A DNA stretch of 44,447 nt from Dimorphilus gyrociliatus (taxonomy: Eukaryota; Animalia; Annelida): assembly GCA_904063045.1 (NCBI GenBank), contig CAJFCJ010000094.1, forward strand, positions 41,739 to 86,185, written 5' to 3'. Positions 11,926 through 24,252 of this stretch are shown one piece after another. Under the pieces are notes generated by a model. That model worked only from the letters and a program-made list of their open reading frames with translations, searched no databases and was not told the DNA's origin. Both the position numbers and the translations under genes were made by a program. Numbering within the stretch: position 1 is the first letter of the stretch; every line of letters starts with the position of its first letter.

Positions 11926-12760
11926 AGGTGCAGTTGACCGGATTATTATTTTGGTTTATTTAATAGTTTGGATAAAGTAAATATGACAGAAGGAGGAAAT
12001 GGAAATGCCACTGGGGTAGTTACATGCTCTTATCCTTCAACCCCAGCAGTTCCAACAATTACAATTCAACCATCAGAAATGTCAGAAAGGCAACAAAGAT
12101 TAATTGAAGACTATGATAGATTGGTGAGTGAAATGAGAAGAAAGAGAATTATTATTCCCCCAGATTTTGGAAATGAACACACAACCCTGCACAGAAACCT
12201 AATGTGGATAATACAACACTAATTCAAACATTAAGAGCTGCTTGGTACTGCCCTCATTGAACTATCCTTGGTTGCAACAATGAAATAAATGAAACTGATA
12301 GAAAGTTTACAAAGAGGATTACAAGAGGATGTTTTCATTTAGTGAACACCTAACATCCTAGATGTCAGACATTGGCAGAATTATATAAAGCTGCCAAGAA
12401 TGCAGAAATCTCATTAAAGCTAACCCAGTGAAAACCAATCACAATGGTGTCCAAGTTGGAAGCTCAAAAGACAAAAAGAGCCCAAAAAACACCAAAGTGA
12501 TAAGCAAAGATGCTTCAACAGAAACCCCAAATTTTTGGAATAGAAAGCATGTACCTGACTACAAAAACACTGCTAAAGAAATATTGTCTGTTTTTCAGAT
12601 AGTGAAGAATCCATTGTCAGTTGTTATAAAGTAAACAATCTGAGAGAAGTTCTTTAATATTTATTGGGCAATTTGAAACTAACACTGGTTTTAAATTTGA
12701 TGTCTTGATAGACTCTGGTAGTGACAGATCTTTCATCTCAAGTTATAAAAACAAATTCAA
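11926..12760 (+). mobile_element. Degenerate Ty3/Gypsy-type gag-protease remnant
   Basis: Aspartic protease motif FDVLIDSGSDRSFIS at ~12697-12741. Gag-like fragments LIESLQRGLQEDVF and TLAELYKAAKNAE occur in broken frames. A PBS-like sequence lies at 11926-11943. No RT or integrase was seen. Confidence 0.72.
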
Positions 12761-13104
12761 GGAAAAGCATCCTTCCCAGAACTAACCTTGAAAAACAATA
12801 GAGATGCTTCAGGTAACAGCATAGCGATATGTGGAGAAAATTTTGTTATATTAAGAATTTCAACAGAGGAATTGAATAGCTCTTGAGAATTTAGATTTAC
12901 TATTCCCCAATTCATTCTTCCTTCTCCAAAATTTCCAAATTTGTCAAGTGAAACCATAAATGCTAGATTTTTGCCTCAGCATCAGCCTCTTTAGCCAGAA
13001 TATTCTCATTTCCATTCACACCAAAACAGCTGAACAGCAAAGAATTATGGTTAAACAAGAATAATGTAATTTCGTATTTTACAGATTAACAAATTTCTTG
13101 TTGT

Positions 13105-13200
13105 ATGAAATTTGGGTTTAGGGTCCACAATTCCAAATAAACTTTCAAAGTGATAGGTTAGGGTAAGAAGGCAAAACTGGTCAAATTTTGTCCAGCGTCC
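13105..13200 (+). repeat. Degenerate TTAGGG-motif MITE-like remnant
   Basis: Contains gggtttagggt...ggttagggtaag and ends in gtccagcgtcc. Only loosely similar to the main family. Confidence 0.3.
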
Positions 13201-13779
13201 TCCCTCTAAATAACACTTTCCCACTTTAATAAATTGTTACACATGCTCTTCAATTTTCTGTTAATCTCTTGTTATCTCTTATTGATAATCTTATATTAGT
13301 TGATAGTACTATCTGTATCGTGCTAAATCCAACTGTTTTTCATCCAATGAAACCCCCCAATTCGACAATTTTAATGATTTCATTTGAATATTAATCATCT
13401 TCATTTCCTATTCAAAATAGGATATATAAAAAGGATGAAAGAGATTTGTTTCACATTCAGTAGTGACTAACCATGATATTATATTCTATAACTAGTGAGT
13501 ATTTTTTTGCTTTTTTAACTTTTTTAAGATCGTCAATGCCATATTTTTTTCACTCTTCCCTTCCCTTAGTTTGTGTACTGCGTTTAAAATGTGCTCAGTT
13601 AATGAAAAGCCCAGCAACAGCAAAAACCTTGTAAAACTTCTGCTGACAGCTCTGCTGAAAAATTAGTTTCACTAACAAAATTTTAGAATTTGAGAAATGG
13701 CAAGGTTAAATGAACAAATATTGACATCAATCATCAAAATTTATTTAATTCATCAGATGACTGTCTTGATATAACTAAA

Positions 13780-14760
13780 ACTAGAATGTATTACTCGAAC
13801 ATGACTATGACTGTATCAAAAGCTTCTAGAGCATCGTTTTCTTAGGAGAAAACTGGTAAAGAACTGGAATGACAACATATAATCTAGTTGATGGAAGATA
13901 ATCAATTATTAAACGAAGTATTTATTTATTAACTTCACTAAATACTTTTGTTAAACAAGTCTTTTCTCTATCTATAATGATAAAGAAACGAGATGGGCTG
14001 GCTTTCATTATGATACTGACTGCTATTATTTCGGAGCACGTGACAAAGAGTGGGCAGTTGAAAGTTCCATTTAATTCCGAATAACTGTTGCTTTGAGGGG
14101 ATTTCGTATGCATGAAATCAAATTGAATGTACTCGCCACAGGTCATTATTTTATTGGTGTGTTTGCAGCTTTCAATCCACTATCAGAAGCAGTGTTAACT
14201 CTGGGGAGTAGTGAAAGTTCATTTCATCATTCTATTAAAATCAACCACGTAACACGACATCTGGTCATTGCTTAAACGAGTGTCTTGGCAAATTTGGAAG
14301 CCGAGGAAAATATGGAAATAAAATTGAGCTCTGGAAGTTTATATTTAGATGCTGATTTGCAAACTTCTCTAACTAAATTCAAATAAACCTCACTTTTACA
14401 GTTTTGGAGAAAAAGGCTCAACTTGTAAACCAGATTCCATCAGCTTTTGGCGCAATAAAATTTGATTCGGCCAACACCTGAATTGAAAGTGATCAAAGAT
14501 ATATTGTTCCAAAAACTTGAATTTATTTATATCTGTAAATCTGTCATTCTACAGTAAAAGAGAATTGGAAGAAGCTTACATTGAAATTAATAATGTGAGG
14601 AAGATGATACTCTACAAATATACATTTTACTCTGTTGAAAAATCATCTGCAATGGGTGATGTACCGTTAGAATTGAATAAAGGTGATAAATTGAGAATTG
14701 TTAATAAAGGATGTATAGCAAGTGAAAATGGATTGTTAATTATAATATTGTTATAATAAT
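13780..14760 (+). pseudogene. Tandem C1q-domain (2-3 domains) pseudogene
   Basis: C1q-type strands: SIYNDKETRWAGFHY; LNVLATGHYFIGV...TSVLANLEAEENMEIKLSSGSLY...QTSLTKF; IKFDS...RYIVPKT*IY; GDVPLELNKGDKLRIV. Several in-frame stops and frameshifts. Confidence 0.72.
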
Positions 14761-15088
14761 ATTATAAATATAACTTAAAGTTACAGAAACAGGAGTGAAC
14801 ATTCTCCTGTTCAAACGAATATAAAATTAGTTAAATTAAAAAATATAATAAAATTTGCAATGATCTTGAATCAATCCAAACAGGAAAGGATCATTTGAAA
14901 AATTGTTAAAATGACAAGGTAGATATAGAATAAGAAATGCTTCACCTGTGAAACCTTTTGAAAATGATCTATCAAAGTTAGAGTCAATCAATATTTAAAC
15001 ATTTATAAATGTAAGCTAATAATTAATTTTAAATTAACAAATGTTCACAATGTTTGAAATAATCGTAAAAGAATATGTTTTGTATTCA

Positions 15089-17700
15089 ATGTTGAAATAT
15101 TTTATTCTATGTCATTTTTTGGTATTGTTCTAATATGAATAAAGGACAATGTGTGCACTTAGATATAATGATTTATCAATATTTAGACTTTAGATATAAA
15201 GGTACATTAGAAAGACTTCTATTTCGTAGGAATTAGAATGGTGGAACTAGAGAAATACTTTTATTTCGTAGGAATTACAATGGTGGAACCATAGAAAGAC
15301 TTTTATTTCGTAGAGTTAGCTTTTAGCACTTTAGAAAGAACTTTATTTCATAGGAAATAGACTCTTTGATCATAACAGATGGTGGCTACTTGGGAATAAC
15401 AAAGGAACAAAGAACATGGAAAGGATGCATATCAAACTTGTTACATCTTATTCAATAGCATATGCTGAAGACACAGGCTTAGTTTTCAGTGGCACATTTT
15501 GGCCACATGGCCCTAATCTGAAGATTATATTTTATATGTGTGATATAACAGTCTTTCATATTTTTGTTACATGAGAATTATGAGACTGTCAGATTTCAAC
15601 TTTGTAAGCTTTTGACTAATTGAATTGAAGCTTTGGTAAATGTATAAAAGGCAATACATTTTCCATGGCTTGTCACTTCAGTTCTTTAACTGTTATCTGA
15701 TTGTTTAAACTTACTTGCTTAGAACTAGAAGCTCATTTACTCAATACGTATTCTTTGGATGAAATACTGATATTTTGTACGGTTTCATCCGGGTACGGTT
15801 TCACCCTCTACCAATTGAGTCGTATTTGTTTAAAAAACTTTTTTTATTATTTCATTCATTATTACTTGAACAAATATTGCAGGATATTTGTTTAAATGTT
15901 AATCGATAAAATTGTTTGAGTTTACAAAAGAGAAAAGGATGTGGGTGTTATTTAACAATGACCTTTTCTTTTATCCCAGCATATTTTTTATATCCAACTC
16001 CGTTGTAAATTTGTGTCTTTTGTTGCTTGTTACTGACCCAAAAATAAAGAGAATAATAATAGTTGCAATAGTAACTGGCATGAGGAAAAATGTTTGATCA
16101 GGAAGAAGGTATTTGATTTGTATTTTGGAAAAGAGGTGATGAAAAAAGTTAGGGCAAAAGCCATGATTTGTGTACATTTTCTGTCACATTCGAAAAGTAA
16201 TAAATCTTATTGTTAAAGCAAAATATAAAATTGACTTAGCCAGAGCTTTTTCATAAATCAATTTGCATTACTCACAATAATCTGTGGAGGAGTAGTTTGC
16301 AAATATTTAATTGAGAGAAAATTGTGATGATGATATTTAAAATATTTCTACTATTAATTCTTATTTTAAATTTAAATTTGGTAAAAAAAATGCCAAAGGT
16401 AATCTCTATCATTAATTCTTGATTTCTATTTTTAATTTGAAAATGCTTTACTGCTATTATAGGCGATACTTGTCCAATTGGTTGGATAAGGTATCTTGAT
16501 AGTTGCCTTGGAAAGCTTGAAGATAATTCAGATTCACCTCTAAACATAATTTCTTTATGCTAATGTAACTGTTTTAAAAATTGATTCTGCTAGAAAACTC
16601 CCAGTTATTTAACTATACATTGAATATTCTCAAAAACCCCAATATTTTATTGGTCTATTTAGAAATGTTACTCAAGGAAAGTTTTCTACTGACTTTAATT
16701 GGTTTGATGATACACTACTTCATTTCCATAATTTTGAACCTGGTGAGAATACTCAACCTCTCAACAATGAACTCTATGTAGTCATGGATAGAGATACAGG
16801 AATATGGAGAGATGTAGCATCAACATTTGGAAATTCTGGATACATAAGTGAAATGTAAAAAATTTTATAATTTAAAAAAAAAAGAAGAAAAATAACTAAT
16901 CATATATTTTTGTAAAAAAAACAAAAGTTGATAAAAGTGGCTTCGGACCATATTGGCATGTTTTAAAGAATTTAAAGATCCTAGAGATTCCATTAAAGTT
17001 CAAAGTTCAAAGACTAGCTGCCTTCAAGTACTATACTAAAGTGTTTTGATGATTGGATTATCCTTGGACAAAAACTGTCGGCATCGCAAAAAACTGGTTT
17101 CTTGTCAAAAACTTGGTCAGATTATAAAAATGGATTTGAAACTAGTAAACCATTCTGGGCTGGTAACCAATTTGCCAATTATTTAACCACTTCTAGACAA
17201 TACAATGGTAGAATTGATATGTGGTCTGAATACGAAAGTCATATGCACAACGAATTTGATGGAATCCCTATTCAGTCAGAAAGTAAATCTTATAGAAAGA
17301 TAATAAATAAATTCAAAAATGGTGGTGCACCTTCAAATGGTGGGCTGTTAAGCTACTAAAATCATTTAACATTACAGAAATATCAGTTTTAAATAGGAAA
17401 GATTACTGTTGTATGTAGATAAAATATATAATATAACAAATGGCCCCCAATATATAAAGAGAATAAAATAAATATATAATTAGCTTCAGAACTATCCAAC
17501 TTTACAATTTACAAAAAATAATTTCGACACTTCATTATTTAAACTTTGTAAACAATACACTGGAGCTGGTTTAAAACAAGCAATTGAATGCGATCGTAAG
17601 CCTATTCAAAGCTTTTATTTAGGTGTATGGATGACAGGTGATAATCTTAGACTAACATTATGCGAAGTTGAAATAAGAGCACAAACAAAAACTGGTCGAA
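15089..17700 (+). pseudogene. Mosaic lectin pseudogene: signal peptide, C-type lectin x2, fibrinogen C-terminal (FReD) and FTP/fucolectin-like domains
   Basis: Decayed signal MLKYFILCHFLVLF* at 15089. CTL motifs: RTWKDAYQTC (~15410, frameshifted), CPIGWIRYLDSC (~16470), YFIGL...FNWFDDT...FEPGE...GIWRD (16640-16850). FReD: DDWIILGQK...KTWSDYKNGF...FWAGN...GRIDM (17058-17359). FTP: LTLCEVEI (~17655). Many stops and lost cysteines. That these belong to one gene is inferred. Confidence 0.72.
15208..15365 (+). repeat. Degenerate tandem repeat, 4 units (periods 40, 44 and 40 bp)
   Basis: Units start at 15208, 15248, 15292 and 15332 and share tagaaagacttttatttcgtagg. Confidence 0.85.
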
Positions 17701-17978
17701 TTTTTTTTTCCTTTCGTTAAAATTCAACAATTAAACTCATTTTTTTGTTTAAAAACAAAAAGCCAAGAAACTTAGCGAAAATCGCCAATCGGATTCAGAC
17801 TGTGCTGAACAGTATACCAGCTGCCTTCCTGATAGCGAAACACAAAGTCTTCAGTCTATATTTATTCTTGTCAATGTTCATCGTATACTATTCGTAAAGA
17901 GCATAAATGTTATCCGGGTAATATGCTTAAAATCAAATATCGCAGATATTAAAAAATATGTCATTTGTTATTGATATA

Positions 17979-19503
17979 CTGTATAGGCAAAAAGTCCCCA
18001 GCCACCTTGTAAACTTTTTAGTTTAGATATTAAGCTATACAGAATAACTACTTTTAATTGGTGATAATAATTATTAATATGTAGAAACTAATATCCTTTA
18101 CGAAAAATTATTAAAAAATTGTTTTTGTAATTATGCCTCGAAAAAAGGCGGTAGTTAAAATTGAGTCATCATCATTTAATTAAATATTTTATATTAAATT
18201 TTTTATTTTAAAATTTTCAAAAACAAGGAAGAGAGAAAATTTCGGCCATGTTCCCTGTTCCTGCCCAAAAAATAGATAATTATCAGACAAAAACCCCATT
18301 AATATTTTTCTATGACATTTCCTGAGTAGTGTTAGACAATCAGAGAACAAAAGAACAATAAAAAATTAAAAAATGGGCAAGATAAGTCTTGAAATGAGAC
18401 AGAAAAGGTCAGAATATTGAAAGAGCTGAATATTGCTGGTACAAGTGTGAGATACAACCTAAAAAAGGCAAAAGAATGTTCTTCAATGGAAGACAAACCA
18501 AGATCTGGTCGTCCAAGAAAGATATGCGAATCAGATAAGAGGAATCTGATTATAATTAAAAAAAAACCAATTTTTTTCTGCCAGACAGGCATACAATGAG
18601 TGGAGTATGGCAGGTGAGGTAAGTTTATCTTCTGCTAAGAAGATCCTTTATAAATATGGCTAAAGAGCTATGTGGCAAAGGTGAAACCATTGACCAGCTC
18701 AGGTAACCAAAAGAAGAGAATTCTTTTTGCCAAAAAAATTATTAAAAAAACTGATGAGGAGATAGAAAGCTACACTTTTTCTGATGAATCAACTTTTGAG
18801 CTGTACCCTAAGCAAAAGACAAGAGTAAGATGCAAAACAGGAGTTAAACATCTACCACAATATTGCAGAAAGAGCTTTAAAGCAAAGAACTGCAAGGTAA
18901 TGATTTGGGGAGCTATAAAATGTGATGGTTCCAGAGCTCTAGCATTTTGTGATGAAGCCGTGGATTCACAGCAATACATAGAGATTCTAAAAGATCATCT
19001 ATTGCCTATATACACTAGATAAAACACATTTCAGCAGGATGGGGCAAGATGCCATACCTCGAAAATTTCTAAAACATTCCTCAGAAAAAATAAAATAAAA
19101 TTTATTAAAGATTGGCCTGCCCAAAGTCCAGATATAAATATAATAGAAAACCTTTGGGCAGTGCTTAAAAAGAGGGTTTATACAGATCAATCAAAAAAAG
19201 GTGTTGACTAGTTATCCAAAATAAAGGTTACGCAATAAACTATTAGTTTAAAATTGACATTTGATAAGTTTTTTGGAAACATGGCTGAAATTTTCTCTCC
19301 TCCTTGTTTTTGAAAATTTTAAAATAAAAAATACTGTAAAGAAGGAAAAATTTTTTAATGAGTTCTATCTATAAATTTGGTTGTATAAATGTCTTATCCT
19401 TCACTCTAAACAAAAAAAAGATAATTAAGCAAGTCCTGTTAGTTAAATAATTCACTTTTTTCACTCTGAGAACAACCCTGGCCGAGACTTTTTATCAGGA
19501 CTG
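17979..19503 (+). mobile_element. Tc1-family DNA transposon, defective, DD35E spacing
   Basis: TA on both flanks and imperfect CAGT-type ends. HTH region has RSGRPRK, followed by YTFSDES, VMIWGAI, and FQQDGARCH...WPAQSPDINIIENLW. Frameshifts, plus a TAA at 19020-19022. Confidence 0.93.
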
Positions 19504-19529
19504 TATATTTATTTATTTATTGCTATACA

Positions 19530-21203
19530 TCTCTACAACAGAATCGAATATTCATAAAAGAATCAAGATAGCCACTGACAGAGATGACAAGTTAATGGAA
19601 GAGAGATACTTAGAGGGAAAGATGTACAGCAGGATAAGAGATATTGTCTTTCATATAATCTTCTTAATCTTTGTCATTTTGATTTGCTATAGTAATCATA
19701 ATTCTATGATTTATTATCAAAATAAATATGATACCGAAGGTTCAAAAGGTAAAAAATTAAAAATCAAAATACGATCAAAATATACAATTGAATTAAAACA
19801 TAGAAGATGTTCATCAGTAAGACTCTTGCAAAACCAGACTAGAAAAACGCCAATGCAAAGTTATAGATAGTATGAAAATTCTTTTAAAAAATCATACTTG
19901 CTTAGGAAGTTATTTGATTGGTAATAATACTCAAAATTTCTGTAAGAATTTTGGCAATTCTAATACAAATCGAACTGATAATGAGGCATGCATCTACTCA
20001 GCTGATGAGAAAGGGTACTCAACGTCATTAGGTGAAGAAGGATACAAAGCATTAGAAATTGTAAATGAATTGAAAACTTCCGGTTGGTTAGACGGTCAAA
20101 GACCTAGCATTAAATTATACGTAACAATACTAGATCAAGAAATAATCTCCCAGGCAACCTGGTTATTTGAATTCAAACCTGTCGGTGGTATAATACCTAA
20201 GGTTTATAGCGATTCATTAAGATTGTATAGATACACAGGAGTTGGTGGCCTAGTTACAATTATCTTTGAAGGCCTATTTCTTCTAATATAGTTAGCTTTA
20301 ACTATTCAAAGTAATTATCATTTTAAAAAGTATGGTAATATTCCAAATATACTACTCATCCTTTCATTGGTATGTTATATTTGAGCATTTATACGATGTC
20401 TTGAGAACAATTATTGGTGTAAAAGCTGTAGAGAATGTTAAAAATTTGAAGAATGAATTTGTTAATTTATCATTATTCTTTACAGTTTATCAATTCTTTA
20501 TGATATTTATAGGGTTTTGTGGATTTTTTGCCCAACTTTATACATTAACCCTATTAAAACTATCAAGAACAGTATCAATTCTTTTGACTGTAATTAAGAA
20601 GTCAAGTGGAGAGTTAACGTCATTGGCATTTTGTTGTTCTATCATTATTATTGCTTATGCTTGTTGGTGCTACATTAGCCTCGGAACATTTACATATAAA
20701 TATAAAAGCTTTAAATATTCGTGCTACTCACTTCTTGTAACTATTTTTGCTCATTTAAATTTTGAAATATTATCTCAAAATGGCGGTCTTATAGCTAAAA
20801 TCTATATTATATTATATACTTCTATAATGATTTTTTTTGTATTAAATATGTTTATTACAACATTAAACGAGTTCTTATTTTCCGTGAAGATTAATCCAAA
20901 GTTGAATATTGCAAAAGATGATGATTTATTACAATATATCACTAAAATTTTCTCTAGAATGTTGTCAAAGAATTACAAATTCAATGAAAATTTGACACTT
21001 GAATCTCTTAACAATATGAATAAATTTAGAGGTTTTTTGTAAAAATCATTTTATCAATATTTAATGATATTTATATTTCAGAGTTAGATGATAGAATAAA
21101 CTGTCTAGATAAATTTATCTTGTCACATTCGTCTGAAGATCTTGAACTTTTTAAATTTCTACTCAGACTGAAGTCTAAACCAATTTTAGCCGGGGCTGAA
21201 TGA
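19530..21203 (+). pseudogene. Polycystin (PKD1-like) cation-channel domain, C-terminal part, pseudogene
   Basis: ERYLEGKMYSRIRDIVFHIIFL, SGWLD, LFEFKPVGGI, LRLYRY, and the pore/TM6 segment FFVLNMFITTLNEF. A terminal exon at ~21081-21203 begins ELDDRINCLD. In-frame TAG at 20289-20291 and frameshifts. No REJ, GPS or PLAT domain was seen upstream. Confidence 0.88.
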
Positions 21204-21939
21204 TTAAATTTTCTATCAATTGTAAATGACTAGGCCTCATGATATTCCCCTGATTAAATTATTATTAAATATTGAATAAACATTCTTGCTCTCATTTAAC
21301 AAATTCAAAACTATTCCGAAGTTAAAACAAGTACATATTCAAAACTTGTTCAAAACTATTATTTGTTCAATAGGCCTAGTAAATAAAGAATTATTTGGTG
21401 ATATCCAAAACAAAGAGGTCAATAATTCTTTCTTCAACGCTATTTAGGTGCTTATGTTCAGATATATTGAATTTTCTTTTTAAATAATTACCTCTATCGA
21501 TAGGACTTTTTTCTTATAGAATTGAATACTTATAGGAAATCACTCCTGAAATGTTGAATACGTAGTTTTGATAAAAATTAGTTTGCATAAATTTAAATAA
21601 TTTCACATACCATTCTACAAACTTGGAATTTAAACATATAGTGAAATTAATTTTCACTTTTGATATTGTAATCGTATATCAGGTTTTTAGAAGGAATAGA
21701 TAATTACAAGTTACAAGAATTATTAAATACTTAAGAAATAGATACAAATAAACATACAGTATTAGATGGTTTAAATATTAATATTAAAAATAAGATTAGC
21801 AAAAGAAGCTTCAGCTGATGTTTTGGGAAAACACTAATTTTCAAAATATACTAAATATAATCTGAAGAATGGAAGATTGAGTTCGGGCCATGGGAGCCTA
21901 AAAATATGGAGGAGCTGTAGGAGCTAAAATTTTTAAAAA

Positions 21940-22590
21940 AGAAATCAAAAATATAAATTTTCGAGTGTGTGACAAAGACTTTTGACAGTATATACATATT
22001 CTTCATCATAAAGCTTCTCTTGTATTACTTCATAGCTGCTGTGTAGCATCAGCTTTATGCGTGAAAAGACGTGGCTGTATTACAGATGTTATCTTTTTAC
22101 TTGTTGAAAAGTATAAATACTCAATATCAAAAGCAAAATGATAAAAAATTCTTCTTTGATGATGTTTTGAATGAAATTTTGGAAGTATTCTAAAGAAAGA
22201 TGACAATTAATTAAAACTATTTTGTAGATCTAGTGCAGCCACTCTTACTTACTCTTAAATCTATAATATCATAAATTTGAGCAATCGCTTTTGAAACACA
22301 ATCAGTAGAAAAAGATGAATTAAATAAAAAACTTTCTATGAGTACTTGAACATACAACTTGTTTACATACAGATTTTTCTCCATAAAAATATTGGCTGGT
22401 GCAGTACCTGCTTCCTGTGCAAGTGCTGTGATATCGTCTACCTTTATTTCCACTTCATTTTGTACATGACGTTTGACTTGCTTTACCTGAACTTAAATAG
22501 TTGTCTAGGCCTAACCATTTCTAAATGCTTGCTTTTAGATAGTACTTCAATGTTAATTGAATTATCTGAAGATGTACTATAAATATGAGC
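21940..22590 (-). pseudogene. Unidentified coding-like remnant
   Basis: Open stretches KQVKRHVQNEVEIKVDDITALAQEAGTAPANIFMEK...YDIIDLR (ending at a GTAAGT donor) and SRIKLMLHSSYEVIQEKLYDEEYVYTVKSLCHTLENLYF. No family recognised. Confidence 0.3.
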
Positions 22591-24252
22591 TTTGTGAATC
22601 TATTCTGATGTAAGCCTAATAACATTTAGCTTTTAACGAGTGAAACTATTTTCTAATACTAAATGTATTATAGACGTTTTCTTAAAGCCCCCTTATTTAA
22701 TTAATAATATTTATTTCATTGGGAGAATTTTAAGAAAAACTTTGAAAATAATTCTTTACTCCATAGTTTTTTTTCCTTTGGTTAGCATCTTTAAATGGGT
22801 TTTCTATTACTTTGAGCTATGCTCCTAGTTTAAAAATTAAATTTTTAATTTTAATTAATTTATAAACTTGCAGACTGTTAATAAATAAACATGTAGATAA
22901 CACAGTTGCACAAATTACTATTCAAACTACATAGTTTATAATAATTGTTGAAAACAGCTTTTAAATGTAGCAAGATTTGTTAAGGAAATTTAAATGATTT
23001 TGTCAAGCTACCAATTCATCAAAATAAAAGAATGTCGCTTCATTTTTCAAGATTGCGCAAATTTACTTTCTTCTTTTTCTTCTTCTTATAATCTTGTCTT
23101 TGCTATTTCAATAGAAACTGTAAAGTTTGCGTTTAGAGATATTTTAATATCTGGATAGCGAAGGTATTGAGATTTGAAAAAGATACAAATTTTAATTAAA
23201 GGTAAAAACACAAATGAGTAATTTGAATGAAAATTATTGATTGAATTTCTAATTCCCTCAAAAATACAAGTCCTCTAAAAGTGTACCATTCTAATTTCTA
23301 CATATCAGCACGTCACTAGTTCTACGTGTATATTTAATCTCCAGGTGTAAACAAAACTAGAGAATGTCAAACAAACACATGCGATATGCTTGAGGTGTGT
23401 TAATTTAAAAATATCATAACCTTGTTGTTGACCTAATATAATAATAAAAAAATCACCTATAAAATGGTGTCTATTACAGTAAGTCACTTCCAAAGTTGGA
23501 GAGTTAGCACATGAATGGAACATTGAAAAATGTAACACAATTGAAATATGCAAGAATTAGTTGTATAACAACTGAATTTTTTCAAACAATTGCGTTGTTA
23601 CTAGCTATAATTTTTAGTTTTTTCGTCAGTCACAACGATTTTAACGAGTAAATTAACGTGAAATGACTATATTTAGATATAATTTGGTTTTATCATCATC
23701 GAATTTTATCGTTTCAAGTTGAATAATACTTCATCTCAAATAATTGATGTATCAATATGATTAAGGGTGATATCTACTGTGTTTATGTAGTATAACAGTT
23801 ATGTTTCACGTTAGGAGCAACGTGATCACATCTCATAATTATCTAATCACGTCGATTGACATGTGATTACGTTTTTGGTAATACGTTGTCATTACCGACA
23901 TTTGGCATTCTGACAACTTTTCCAATAATTGTATCGACTGGTGTTTTCATTGTCTTTCAAATGTTAATGGAATTTTAATGTCTCTGATATTAATTAAATA
24001 TGTTCATTTAAATCATATCCTTAACTTTATAGTCTATTGTATGAGTGGTAAAACACTCAAAATAAAACTTTTTGACTATTCAAGAATTTTGAACAAAACT
24101 GATATTGATTATACTTTTGATTAATGGTAGGTTTCTTTTTAACCCCTTCCCCGCTCATTCACTCATCCACAAAATAGGCCCTAGAGAAATTGATAAATTT
24201 TTAAAAATTATTTAAGTCATATGAATAGAAACATTTGACAATTGAAAGATTT

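Noticed and set aside
12960-13040. RNase H-like motif GVNGNENILAKEA on the minus strand
   Set aside because: It is too short, lacks the conserved Asp spacing, and has no supporting RT nearby.
14805-14830. 8-bp hairpin aacaggag...ctcctgtt as a terminator
   Set aside because: Rho-independent terminators are not relevant in an animal genome, and one such stem is expected by chance.
15208-15365. CRISPR-like repeat-spacer array
   Set aside because: The context is eukaryotic, the repeats are degenerate, the spacers are related to one another, and there are no cas genes.
15776-16176. TGTAC...GTACA bounded segment as a solo LTR
   Set aside because: There is no matching TSD (TATTT vs TTTTC), and only the first ~35 bp recur elsewhere in the window.
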